DNA of 32,000 nucleotides, taken from Candidatus Thorarchaeota archaeon (GTDB lineage Archaea > Asgardarchaeota > Heimdallarchaeia > Hodarchaeales > Hodarchaeaceae). The translations under genes were made by a program, and so were the position numbers. Below are positions 17,724-27,833 of the stretch, in pieces (within the stretch, counting starts at the first letter, position 1; each line of letters opens with the position of its first letter). The notes under the pieces are model-generated. The model saw nothing but the letters and a program-made list of their open reading frames with translations, ran no database searches and had not been told where the DNA came from. The stretch spans positions 1-32,000 of the forward strand of contig JBHLRO010000006.1 of NCBI GenBank assembly GCA_048882505.1, given 5' to 3'.

Positions 17724-19511
17724 CTATTGATCATTCGTGAATAAATCAATTCCCCTCGGCGTCAGATCCACTTCTTTTCGCCTTCCTTTTCCAGTGATCC
17801 TTATGTAACCTGCAATGGACAGGTTCCCGATTCTCTTCCTAGCGGTTGGTCTGCTTATCTGTAGACGATCGCTTATATGTTTATAAGACGGTTTAATCCC
17901 CAAATTGTTTTGTCTGTATACGAATCTCAAAATCTCAACAAAGTCATCAGGAAGACTCGCGATAAACCTAGTGTCTATTCGTTTGGTTTCTTGCTCAAGC
18001 AATCGAAATTCTTCCTTATTTAAAGTCGAAGCGTCAATACAGAGAATGATTATTGAATTATATAGATATGCGATCTCTTTCAATTTACATACGAAAAGTA
18101 GAATGTTGTTGAATCCCTCGTGTGCCACAAGGTAGTCCATACGTTCTAGGAGGATAACGCTTTTAGCTGGCATCCCAGTAATAGTCACTTCGATTTCTTT
18201 AATGATTGTGGATGGATCATTATTCCAGATACAATTGGTCGCCATTTGAGCGAGCCATAAAAACTCATAGTTTCCTTCCAAGTCTCTTCTATAAACCTCT
18301 TCCGGAGTTCTAGAGATAGCTAGGCCCGAATAGCCTGTTTTCATGATATCACTAAAAACTGACTTGGCAAAGACTGGTTTTGTTTCCTCCACAAGATAAA
18401 CTTCTCCTTCTTGTATATTGAACTTCATCAAATGACTTTGTTTTTGAGCTTCAGCGGATTTGCGGGCAGAAATATCTCGATAATAAACAAGGGTAAAAAG
18501 CTCGCCTGACCTTTCAATAATTATCCCTCTGGCTTCGACTGGGATTATTTTTCCTTTCTTTGTGAGGAGAGCTGTTTCTCCGATGTAACATCTGCCATGT
18601 GTTGATACTCTTTTGATAAGCTCTTTTATTCTCTGATACTGGTTAATAGGGTGTAGATATTGCCATGAAAAGGTTGTTAGTTCCTCCTTATTATAACTTA
18701 GAAGTTCAGCCGTTGTTTTGTTAACATCAGCAATGTTGCCGTGTCTATCGAAAATCACTATGGCATCAAAAGAAGAATCAAATAAAAGCAGAAAATTACG
18801 GTCAACCTCCTTTAGGGATTGTGTGGTTTTTTCTTTCAATCTTTTTGTCAATAATTCTACCGTTTTGTTTTGCGTTTTCATGTAGTTTAATTCAAGTGTT
18901 AAATAAAATTCAGGATTAATGGGATGTGTTGAGGAGATTTTGGGATTAAAATATATGTTGGTATAAGATTCTGTCCCCAAAATGACAGTTGGATGTGAAA
19001 TTAAGACTCCGCGAAGTACGTGGGCATTAAAGCATTTACGGTCGTATTGGCAAAGAGATATGAACTTACCCCAAGGGAAAAACTTCGTAAGCCTCATCTC
19101 GTACTCAATTAGTCTTTCAGAGCCAATATTTGTTCGTAAGGCCCACGTCATTTCGCCAGTAAAACGTAAGGCCGCATAACCTTGATCTATGGCTTTTTCA
19201 GTCTCAATTCGTAGAGCTGCAATTATCCTTTTGATGTTTAACTCACCCTCCAGAGCCCAAATTTGGTCAGCTGAAACCACGGAGAGTTGTCCTTGATCGA
19301 TATACCTCTCACCATTCACTCCAATTTCACATAGATAACCCAGAACCTCCTCGGGGTCGTGACGGTCCGTAATATACAATATCCTCTCATCGTGCTCCAA
19401 TCCATCATAGATGAAACCAGTTGCGACGATTCGATGTTCGTTTTCTGTTTCATACAACCAGAGGGTATGGTCTCCCGCGCCTAATTCAGGGGATATTGAA
19501 GCTTTTGACAT
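17724..19511 (-). CDS. One-component regulator: MEDS - PAS - DUF835 - winged HTH
   Basis: MEDS (GDHTLWLYE...LRFTGEMTWAL...LIEYE...LCQYD...HPTVI); PAS (FDSSFDAIVIFD...VNKTTAELLSY); DUF835 (YLVEE...GLAISR...VILLERMDYL); C-terminal HTH-wing (PSYKHISDRLQISRPTARKRIGNL...LTPRG). ATG at 19511 preferred over 19550. Confidence 0.85.
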   Translation of the reverse strand: MSKASISPELGAGDHTLWLYETENEHRIVATGFIYDGLEHDERILYITDRHDPEEVLGYLCEIGVNGERYIDQGQLSVVSADQIWALEGELNIKRIIAALRIETEKAIDQGYAALRFTGEMTWALRTNIGSERLIEYEMRLTKFFPWGKFISLCQYDRKCFNAHVLRGVLISHPTVILGTESYTNIYFNPKISSTHPINPEFYLTLELNYMKTQNKTVELLTKRLKEKTTQSLKEVDRNFLLLFDSSFDAIVIFDRHGNIADVNKTTAELLSYNKEELTTFSWQYLHPINQYQRIKELIKRVSTHGRCYIGETALLTKKGKIIPVEARGIIIERSGELFTLVYYRDISARKSAEAQKQSHLMKFNIQEGEVYLVEETKPVFAKSVFSDIMKTGYSGLAISRTPEEVYRRDLEGNYEFLWLAQMATNCIWNNDPSTIIKEIEVTITGMPAKSVILLERMDYLVAHEGFNNILLFVCKLKEIAYLYNSIIILCIDASTLNKEEFRLLEQETKRIDTRFIASLPDDFVEILRFVYRQNNLGIKPSYKHISDRLQISRPTARKRIGNLSIAGYIRITGKGRRKEVDLTPRGIDLFTNDQ

Positions 19512-20102
19512 CTCAGAAGTTTTTTTTTGGAGAGAGTGATTTTCAATCAAACTTATTCCCTATGAAAACAAAGTTTGTCATCAGCTATAATTCGGCTATA
19601 AATTATAGATATAGAATTTTTTCATAAAAACGATATGATTTAGTTTTTTATATTAAAATACAGTGATCATTTAAAAATATATCATTATACCTCCCCCACA
19701 TGGCAAGCATTTAAGCCACCTGTCATAATGTCGTCCTTAATATTCCAAAACGAGAATTTCTTCTAATCAGGGGTCGAGTTTAAGCGAAAATTTGCGAAAA
19801 AACAAAAAGATTAAGAGATTTCAAAACTTACCGAAGTGATTTTCGTAACTAGTTCCGACGCCCGTCAAGAGTAGTTCATTTAACTAGATTTCCTTGTTTC
19901 TTAGTAAAGAATTCTTATTTTCAAAGGCTTGAAAATTCAGGAACTTCTTACGATCCAATCTTCACATCTTGGAAGCATTTAGGCAATATAAGAATATTCT
20001 TTCTCTCGAATGAATTTACAATCCAATTTCTGGCCAAATATGTGGGATTTCTACTACGTTAGAGGTTTTTTCCTTATTTCAGGAAAGTTACTAGAGAATA
20101 GG

Positions 20103-21092
20103 CTAAATCCCTGCCAGTTGCCGTTTTTGATTAACCCATTGTATTGGATCTTTAATTATCACTGGTTTTCCAGCCGCGCCACGTTTAATTTCGAGACTAC
20201 CTAGACCTAGTCTTCTCATCATTTCCTTACACCGATTTCTAATCGTTGTAGTTGTTATTTTCGCAGTTAATGCGATCTGTAGTTGAGTTCGTCGTTCACC
20301 AGTTTGAATGGATGCAAGGTAGAGCGCAGCAGCCGCCATTGATATTGGACTTTTACCTGATGTAATTCGCCTATTCTGAGCTTTTTTCAATAGGTTGATG
20401 GCTACTATTCGGGTATGCATTGTCAGTCTTAAGGTTTCTCCTATCCTATTCACGAAACCCGAAAAATTTGGATGTTCATTGCAAATTTTAAGATATTTAT
20501 GAAAAACGCGAACAGATCGAGCCAATTCTTTCTCAGTGATGCCCGTAATCGCGGCAATATCTTTTTGTGTGATGGATACCTGCTTTTTTCTACAGGCAAG
20601 ATAGGCAGCAGCACTTATCATTCCGATAAGAGAACGGCCTCTGATTAAGTCCTGGCCTTGAGCCTGCTGATACAAGCGGACAGCAATCTTGCAGATATCT
20701 TCTGAAACTGCTAAATGGCTTTTAATACGTCGAAGTTCCATTAGGGCGTTCTTCATGCAGCCATTGATTTCATATTGAATCCTTTTATTTCTGCGTGATA
20801 AACGAAAAAATTTGGATTGAGCTTGGGAATCCAAGATTTTTCCCAATGAATCGCTTCGTTTTCCTCCAATAGTAGTCCCCATTTCTCGATTGCTCAAAAC
20901 AGATCCTGGAAATTCCACTCGAATCCTCAATCCGTCTTCCTCTGCAGAATAGGCACGCCATTCTGGTTCCTGGCTAAAGAACAAGCTATCTGCTACCATT
21001 CCACAATCAGTGCAAGTGGTCTCTCCTCGGGGCTCGTCATAGAACATCTCTGTACCTCCACACTCCGAACATTTATTTAGGAACATATTCAT
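20103..21092 (-). CDS. tfb: Transcription initiation factor IIB (archaeal TFB)
   Basis: Zinc ribbon CSECG...CTDCG, B-reader EPEWRAY, two cyclin repeats (RGRSLIGMISAAAYLACR; GKSPISMAAAALYLAS...TQLQIA...TTTTIRNRCKE). Confidence 0.95.
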   Translation of the reverse strand: MNMFLNKCSECGGTEMFYDEPRGETTCTDCGMVADSLFFSQEPEWRAYSAEEDGLRIRVEFPGSVLSNREMGTTIGGKRSDSLGKILDSQAQSKFFRLSRRNKRIQYEINGCMKNALMELRRIKSHLAVSEDICKIAVRLYQQAQGQDLIRGRSLIGMISAAAYLACRKKQVSITQKDIAAITGITEKELARSVRVFHKYLKICNEHPNFSGFVNRIGETLRLTMHTRIVAINLLKKAQNRRITSGKSPISMAAAALYLASIQTGERRTQLQIALTAKITTTTIRNRCKEMMRRLGLGSLEIKRGAAGKPVIIKDPIQWVNQKRQLAGI

Positions 21093-22089
21093 CGTCTCTT
21101 TTGACTTAGATATTCAGTTTTAATTATAAGATCCCTTTGATCGGTGATTCCTCGACACGATTATTAGTTGTCAGTTGTCTGGACATTTTACGTGGTAGAT
21201 TACTTATCAGGGTTTATTTATGAACAGGAAAAACACTATTCAACTCCAAAGTCTGCAGAATTCAGAATCTGTCAATTATGGTTTGAATGTTTAGGTATTT
21301 CTAGTTAAAGACACCGACATTTTCAAATTGACGGTACTTTGCTACGTGGCTCGATTCTACCAATATCTGTGAGTTCATAGCTAGGATATCCCTTATTAAT
21401 TAGTTAAGGATTTGGAAAAAAATATGGAAAAGCCATATCAGCACTGCCAATAAGGCTACTAAAAGAGCCCTCGAACAATAAACATAATTGCCCAACTTCC
21501 TCGTAGATTTTGCGGATAAATCTATTGAATACCACGAGCTACCTATCTTTTTGTTTCCAATACCCTATATGATCGCTTCCTCTCATTGAACTTCACAGAA
21601 TCGGGAAAAACAGAGACACCAAAGATAAAATAAGATATTCCGCGGTAAAAACACCCATACAATCTCAGGAAACGCCATCAAACCCCAATTGATTTCAATT
21701 CATAGAAATAGATAATTCTGATTCCTTTGGTTCATGGATTGCTATATTAGATAGAATTTCACAATGCAAGAAACTATTGGAGCTGGCAGGGATATATTGG
21801 ACTCACTCTTGTGATCATCAATTCACGCGACGTGGTTGGTTAAATGGGTGTTTCACTTAATGTATTGAGATCTTAGGAGAAGAAATGCCTAAATGGATTG
21901 CCAACACCCGGATTGCCAGTATCAATTTCAGATAATCGGCCAATCTTATAGTCTTTGGTAAAAAAATCCTTGGATCCTACAGTTGATGATTGTCTACAGG
22001 ATTATGGGGATTTAGGCAGTAGTCGTGGACCTTCGAGAAGATCCCAATCCATCATATCATCCTGCTTCATGATACAGTTTAAGCTCATT

Positions 22090-22506
22090 TCATGCCGTTT
22101 CGATCGACCTTTCGAACGCAGCTTCTACCGTAGTAACGAAGGACTTTAAAAAAGGGAGAATCTTCGTCATAACAGCTGGAGCAGTATGTACAATGATATA
22201 AAGTCCCTGACTTCCACGAAGGTCGTCGATGTAAATTGATAGGTCTCCAGTATTCAAGATTTGGTAGTCCAACACTTCATTTAATCCAAGAAGCTCGGTC
22301 ATTGTGGATTCAAAAGACATGATCGCGTGTGCATTAAAACTTTCTAAAAGGATGGTTTCAAGACAATCGCCCACACTGTATACGACGAGTCCGTCTGTGT
22401 CGACCAATGAAATACACGCAGGAAGCTCCATGCCGGACAAAGCTTCCTCCATCACGGCAATTAGGTCACTGTGTGATAATGATGATATTTGATCATTGTT
22501 TGCCAT
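22090..22506 (-). CDS. Small roadblock/LC7-like (profilin-like alpha/beta fold) protein
   Basis: 138 aa: helix, ISLVDTDGLVVYSVG beta-hairpin, helix, three short strands (YQILNT, SIYID, LYIIVH), C-terminal helix. This is the roadblock/longin/profilin topology; the exact family cannot be fixed by eye. Confidence 0.55.
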   Translation of the reverse strand: MANNDQISSLSHSDLIAVMEEALSGMELPACISLVDTDGLVVYSVGDCLETILLESFNAHAIMSFESTMTELLGLNEVLDYQILNTGDLSIYIDDLRGSQGLYIIVHTAPAVMTKILPFLKSFVTTVEAAFERSIETA

Positions 22507-23036
22507 TTAATAAGCACCAGATTAGTCTATCGTGTTAAGAGATCCCTTTTCTGATAAATAAAACTGTACATGTGCATTTTATGCTGGGTCGATTTGATAT
22601 TTTAAAAGGCCTATCCATCTTGGATATTTTCTGAAGACAGAATTCCAGTCCAAACACCAGAAATCTTTATCCTAGTCAAACGCAATTCATGATAACGGTA
22701 ATTAATCTATGGGATCAAAATCCATAGGGCCGTCTGAAACAGGTCAAAAGGTCATTGATGCAAAAGTTTGAGTTGGAAAGTAAGATAAAGACCGTATCAA
22801 ATAGATACTATGTTTGTCAGCGATGTTCTATGTTTGGGGATTAATATTCTTCAAAGTTAAAACCTCCGTTAAGGAGTCTTCGGCAACTGATCTCTGGAAT
22901 CTTTGTTGCCGTGTTCGCTGCACTTGGAATCGTCGTTAGTAGCATTTGTGGATTTTGGTTCCTTTCTCTTCCTATGCGGGCATCTAACATAGTAGTTATT
23001 TTGTTATAAGGAAAAAAGATCTTTCTAAGTAGGCTA

Positions 23037-24137
23037 TTAAGCAAAGGCCTTTGTTAAACGAAGAGACTGCGCCAGTCTTATCCCAATATCCCAGATCTCG
23101 TCCGAATTCCAGATTTCTTTGATATTTTCGCTCTTATACGTCAGTTCAATAGATCTATTGATTGCGAATATGCTCGAAGGCAAGGATATTGTTTCACGTG
23201 TTTCTGTTTTCCGATTAAGATTATATTCGTAAAGCGTTGTTCCAGAAGCGATTAAAACTGATCCTAATCCTATGGATAGATTATAATTTGGAAAAAGATC
23301 GTTTAAATATTTTAAATAGGGAGTATGAAATTCCAAAAGTACATGAATACCGATACTAGAGCGTACGAGGGAGATCGAATGAAGTGGATTAGGGGATTGG
23401 GACTGATAGGTAATCAAATCCCAGGTTTTTTTATCGGAGGCTTTCCATTCTGTAGCTTCCCCATCATTCGTTGGAGGGGTGGATACCAATGGAATTTCAT
23501 CATAATGGAATTTTGAGGATGTCACATAATCACAAATCTCCTCCATACCAGAATAAATAGCAAACGTATCACTTTCTTCCCAAGGAACCGATAAAGGGGA
23601 AGGACCGAAAAGAAGATGATCCTGAGTGAGACGAAAACCAACGATCCCATCAGTAAGATTGAACACTTGATGACCCAATCGGAGTTGGGATCCAAACCAT
23701 AGTCCGTTTCTAAGAAATGAATAACTGATCCAAGAGCTCAGTTCTCCCGTCTCTGGACTTGGTGGTGATTTTCTCAACTCTAAGGAATATGACTCATTTT
23801 TAACCGACCATTCAATTCCTACCAAGCGGTCTTGACGCCAAAAGTGCTCAGCAAACGGGTCTCCTTGGCTCAAATTCTGTGGGAAAACGGATTGCCACCG
23901 GATGTGGAAAAAAATACTATCATCCACCACACCCATTCGAACTGATTCGACTTCTGACCAATGGCCAGTAGGATCTGTGGCTGAATAAATATTTCGCCAT
24001 TCGGTAGGTAAAGGAACAGCAGCGCTCAATTGTACAAAATTGTACAAACGAATAAACAAAGGAATTCCCGAAAACAAGAAAAATGCCAATACTAGAACAA
24101 AAACCTTTCGTTTTTTCTTGACTTGTGTGCCCATCAT
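23037..24137 (-). CDS. Membrane-anchored extracellular beta-rich protein, possibly DOMON/CBM9-like domains
   Basis: Basic N-terminus plus one TM/signal segment; 'TEW..', 'PPTNDGEATEW' and 'DDSIFFHIRW' resemble DOMON/CBM9-like motifs. Weak assignment. Confidence 0.5.
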   Translation of the reverse strand: MMGTQVKKKRKVFVLVLAFFLFSGIPLFIRLYNFVQLSAAVPLPTEWRNIYSATDPTGHWSEVESVRMGVVDDSIFFHIRWQSVFPQNLSQGDPFAEHFWRQDRLVGIEWSVKNESYSLELRKSPPSPETGELSSWISYSFLRNGLWFGSQLRLGHQVFNLTDGIVGFRLTQDHLLFGPSPLSVPWEESDTFAIYSGMEEICDYVTSSKFHYDEIPLVSTPPTNDGEATEWKASDKKTWDLITYQSQSPNPLHSISLVRSSIGIHVLLEFHTPYLKYLNDLFPNYNLSIGLGSVLIASGTTLYEYNLNRKTETRETISLPSSIFAINRSIELTYKSENIKEIWNSDEIWDIGIRLAQSLRLTKAFA

Positions 24138-24503
24138 TGTTTCGTCTCTTGGTTCTATGACTCCAACCTACATAACCGCTGCGAGGCCAAATCGCATGAA
24201 ATTTGTTGGTTCAGAATGAACATCCTGTTATTTAAATCCTGAGACTGCGGGCATCTACCCCCCATCTTCCCAGAGCAAGCATTTTCATCTGGCGCTAAGG
24301 TTATGATGCGTGAAAGGCGTTCATGGTAGCCTTATTCGGTAGTTCTCCTTTCTGGGCCTGATATGAAATACATACACCTGGAAAGATCCTCCCGCAAAAC
24401 ATATATCAGATAGTAAGGTGGCAGATCCTGTTCTTTCCAGAGAAACGAAACATTATCTTATAAAATTCTATCCACTGGAAATATCATCAAGAAGGGTGTT
24501 CTT

Positions 24504-25319
24504 TTGACAGGAAATGATTCTGAAACTCCATTCGCAGAAAAAGAAATTGTATACCGTATTCACGATTCAAAGAAGGTAAGAGTGAAGAAAAATCTGCAGT
24601 ACGGTGGCATTGAAGAGCCTTCTCTAGTGATGGATCTGTATTATCCTCCTGATATGAGAGAAAAGGCGCAGCTTCCAGTTGTTATTTTTGTATGTGGATA
24701 TTCGATTGCCAGAATAGTTGAAATGACCGGAGAGAAATTCAAAGATATAGGTCAATATGTATCTTGGGGGAAATTAATTGCGCAAACTGGATTAATTGGC
24801 ATCGCTTATGACACAGAACACCCAGAAGGTGATATTACTAAATTGTTGACTTTCATAAGCAAAAATGCATCTTCATTGGGCATTGATCCTGAGAAAATCT
24901 GTCTTTGGTCTTGTTCTGGAAATTCTCTCCTGGCGATATCTCTCTTAATGCAGGGAGACATCAAAGATTTCAAGAGTGCGGTTTTCTACTACGGTATCCT
25001 ATTCGATAAAGACCTGGAACTCGAAATTGCACGATTTGCCAAAGAAGGTGGTTTTATTTATCCTTCAATATTAGAAAAGAATGAGTTTTCACAACATAAA
25101 ATCCCATTACTAATAGTTAGAGCAGGTCTAGAGCAGAGTGCTGTCCTTAACAGGTCGATTGATCTCTATCTCGCTAGATTGATTGCTCTAAATAATCTCG
25201 TTCATTTTATTAACTATCCCAACGGCCAACATGGATTTGATGTCTTGGATGACAATAAGCAATCAAGAGACATTATTAGAACAACGCTCACATTCATCAA
25301 AGATAATTTTAACGAATAA
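24504..25319 (+). CDS. Alpha/beta-hydrolase fold esterase-like protein
   Basis: MDLYYPP...LPVVIFVCG, GIDPEKICLWSCSGN (nucleophile elbow), PLLIVRAG, YPNGQHGFD (His). TTG start; TATA-like TTATAAAA at 24458-24465. Confidence 0.85.
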   Translation: MTGNDSETPFAEKEIVYRIHDSKKVRVKKNLQYGGIEEPSLVMDLYYPPDMREKAQLPVVIFVCGYSIARIVEMTGEKFKDIGQYVSWGKLIAQTGLIGIAYDTEHPEGDITKLLTFISKNASSLGIDPEKICLWSCSGNSLLAISLLMQGDIKDFKSAVFYYGILFDKDLELEIARFAKEGGFIYPSILEKNEFSQHKIPLLIVRAGLEQSAVLNRSIDLYLARLIALNNLVHFINYPNGQHGFDVLDDNKQSRDIIRTTLTFIKDNFNE

Positions 25320-25606
25320 CGCATAACATCCACTTGTTTCTTGATTCCTCCATGCGGATTTGTCCCTCTTATCACCGCCTAGGGTGCCTCACCATCTGGC
25401 TAACTTCTGATAATAGGGGAGAAGTGCTTTTAGCGGCCGTAATACGAAGAAATCCGTTTTTGGAATCCCATTGAGAGAATTATCTGGAAACTTTCTCTAG
25501 AGAGGCCTTTATCATTTCTAGAACTTCTGCAAATCCTTTTCACCCATAATAGCAGATTTTTGGGCAGGCTGCTGCCGTGCATATACCGTGGGCCGGATGT
25601 ATGTTC

Positions 25607-26200
25607 TTACCGGATTTCAGGTGTGTGTTCAGCTCGTTGTACGAAAAAGTGCTTCTTGTATCTTAGAATGAGGAGGAGGGCTCCGATTGCGAGGAATACG
25701 ATCCCCAAAAAGTTAAGGTAAATGTCGAGGGCTGGAATTAGAGGGAGGGAAACTGATTCAGGTATCGCACGGGATAATAAAAATCCCGTAGAAAGCGAAT
25801 AATAATAGACAGGAGGTTGCAAACTCTTATGGGTTACCCAGATTAGACTGGAAATAGCGGATATCCGAAATGCTAAAGCGCCTGCTTGTTCGCGGGATTG
25901 AGCCCACTCTTCTTTTTCGTACATCAACGTCGATATAATTATCCCTAGGATAAAAATCCCAGTGACTTCGAGAAGGAGCATTTGGTTTAGAGAACTGGTT
26001 AGGGCGGGGAGGGTGGGAGCTATAAGGCTTAGAATACCCATTTTAATTAGATTTACAGCGCTTACCATGGACAGGACTTTTCCCAGGTATTCTTTGGGAA
26101 AAAAGAACCAAATAGCTGAAATTTCAACAAGAGAAATCAAAATCAAATCCAGTAATCCGATATTAGAAAAATACATTGGCGGAAGCAACATCTGAATCAT
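25607..26200 (-). CDS. Hypothetical multi-pass membrane protein
   Basis: 197 aa with about 5-6 hydrophobic segments; no recognised motif. Confidence 0.65.
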   Translation of the reverse strand: MIQMLLPPMYFSNIGLLDLILISLVEISAIWFFFPKEYLGKVLSMVSAVNLIKMGILSLIAPTLPALTSSLNQMLLLEVTGIFILGIIISTLMYEKEEWAQSREQAGALAFRISAISSLIWVTHKSLQPPVYYYSLSTGFLLSRAIPESVSLPLIPALDIYLNFLGIVFLAIGALLLILRYKKHFFVQRAEHTPEIR

Positions 26201-26711
26201 CTGCGCATAATGGTGTACCAGTTGCTAAAAAACCAAATTGTGTTCTCACGATCTGCTTGAGGTGTTTTTATCTACACCAATACCAGTGTTTAGAGCTGAT
26301 TTCTGGGAGTTGTAGGCTTCCCCCTTTTGCTCCGTTTCAGAATTTAATTGAGCATATGGAAGACGAGGCCATCATACAACTGTTTCACTTTGTGTTGCGG
26401 AGGATGCTGGTAAGTCTGAGCCCAATCGATAGTTTGAGACGCAAGAAATCTGAATTCACTAGTTTTGCGGTGTGAAATTCGCCCCTTAATGGAGACGATA
26501 CACTGGCGTTTTTCGTTCACTTTTATAAGACGGTGGATTCGGTTATACTCAGGATGCGCGAGGTTAACCTTATCTACCTACCCAGTTCTTTCGGAAATGT
26601 CAGCATTGCTGATCAAATCCTGCATTTTTATAATAAAGAACCTCTATCGCTTACCGATTCGGACTACATCCCAGCGTACCTTTTTTATATCTGAAGATGT
26701 TCACTTAGCTC

Positions 26712-27794
26712 CTAAAAGCTTCTGGGGGTCGGAGGAAATAGGCCATCTTCCGCTCTGGGATCATTCTGAAGGTGGGCATTGAAATCTGTATAAGATTCTG
26801 TTATTCCTTCCCGTACAGGCCTTGGTTTGTTGTTTAAGATTGCTTCGATTCTTTCCAGGGTCTCACTCGTTAAGGCGGTATTTACAGATGTACAGTTTTC
26901 CTCGATCCTATCTGGATTGCGTGTGCTCATCAATACTGTATCCACATGAGGAATTTGTAAAGTCCAGGCATGAACCAATTGAGGAAGGGTCAGATCCTGT
27001 TCTTGGGCTAATTCCAATAATCGGCCCACTTTCTCTAGCACCTTGGGATCCTTGCCTTTGTAACTGGAAACGTAACGTTTTTCTTCCTCTGGCAATTGAC
27101 TAATATCTACATTATTGTACGCACCTGTCAAAACTTTTTCAGCAAGGATTCTATAAGCAACGACCCCAAATCCATAGTAATCGGCAGTGTAGGGCAGTTC
27201 CACTTCCACGGCATATCGTTGGAACATATTAAACTTCATCTGATCGCATATGGGGCCTCTTAAACCTAATTTTGACGAAATCCCAAAAACTCGTTCTAAC
27301 TGAACTGCTCTCCAGTTAGATGTAGCCCAATGTAGAATTTTACCCTGGTCGATCAGATCATTCATAGCATAAAGCGTTTCATCAAGAGGTGTTGAAAAAT
27401 CATATCGATGACAGTAATATATGTCAAGATAGTCGGTTTTCAATCGTTTCAAAGTCTTGGATATTGAGTCATGGATGTGTTTTTTACTTAATCCCCTATC
27501 ATTCGCATTAATGCTCATTGGGAACATAACCTTGCTACTTATGACAAAATCAGACCGATCGTAATCTTGCAGAAATTTTCCGATTATTGCTTCTGCATTT
27601 CCGTAGGCCCCGTAAATATCGGCGCAATCTAGGTAGTTTATCCCAGATTCATGGGCTTTCTGAAGACATCTGAGTGCATCCTCTTCGGACACAGGAAAAT
27701 CTGTAAACTTGTATTGAGCTCCCCCATAAGCCATCGTTCCAAATCCTAGCAAGGATACATGCAGCCCACTATTTCCTAATTTCGTGTACTTCAT
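26712..27794 (-). CDS. Aldo/keto reductase (Tas / Kv-beta-like)
   Basis: LGNSGLHVSLLGFGT, DCADIYG (Asp/Tyr), ISSKV (Lys), RGLSKKHI, TDYLDIYYCHRYD (His), WATSNW. Confidence 0.95.
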   Translation of the reverse strand: MKYTKLGNSGLHVSLLGFGTMAYGGAQYKFTDFPVSEEDALRCLQKAHESGINYLDCADIYGAYGNAEAIIGKFLQDYDRSDFVISSKVMFPMSINANDRGLSKKHIHDSISKTLKRLKTDYLDIYYCHRYDFSTPLDETLYAMNDLIDQGKILHWATSNWRAVQLERVFGISSKLGLRGPICDQMKFNMFQRYAVEVELPYTADYYGFGVVAYRILAEKVLTGAYNNVDISQLPEEEKRYVSSYKGKDPKVLEKVGRLLELAQEQDLTLPQLVHAWTLQIPHVDTVLMSTRNPDRIEENCTSVNTALTSETLERIEAILNNKPRPVREGITESYTDFNAHLQNDPRAEDGLFPPTPRSF

Positions 27795-27833
27795 TATCTA
27801 TACCTCGAACTCTTCATTTTTATCACTAAAGAA

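Noticed and set aside
19596-19608. Palindrome CTATAA-A-TTATAG upstream of the MEDS regulator
   Set aside because: Single short AT-rich TATA-like palindrome; expected by chance.
22845-23009. Plus-strand frame encoding a TM-like peptide (RQLISGIFVAVFAALGIVVSSICGFWFLSL)
   Set aside because: No start codon before the hydrophobic stretch; could be a gene remnant but cannot be supported.
26176-27103. Plus-strand ORFs 26176-26475, 26465-26782 and 26822-27103
   Set aside because: No motifs; they overlap or are antisense to well-supported minus-strand genes.
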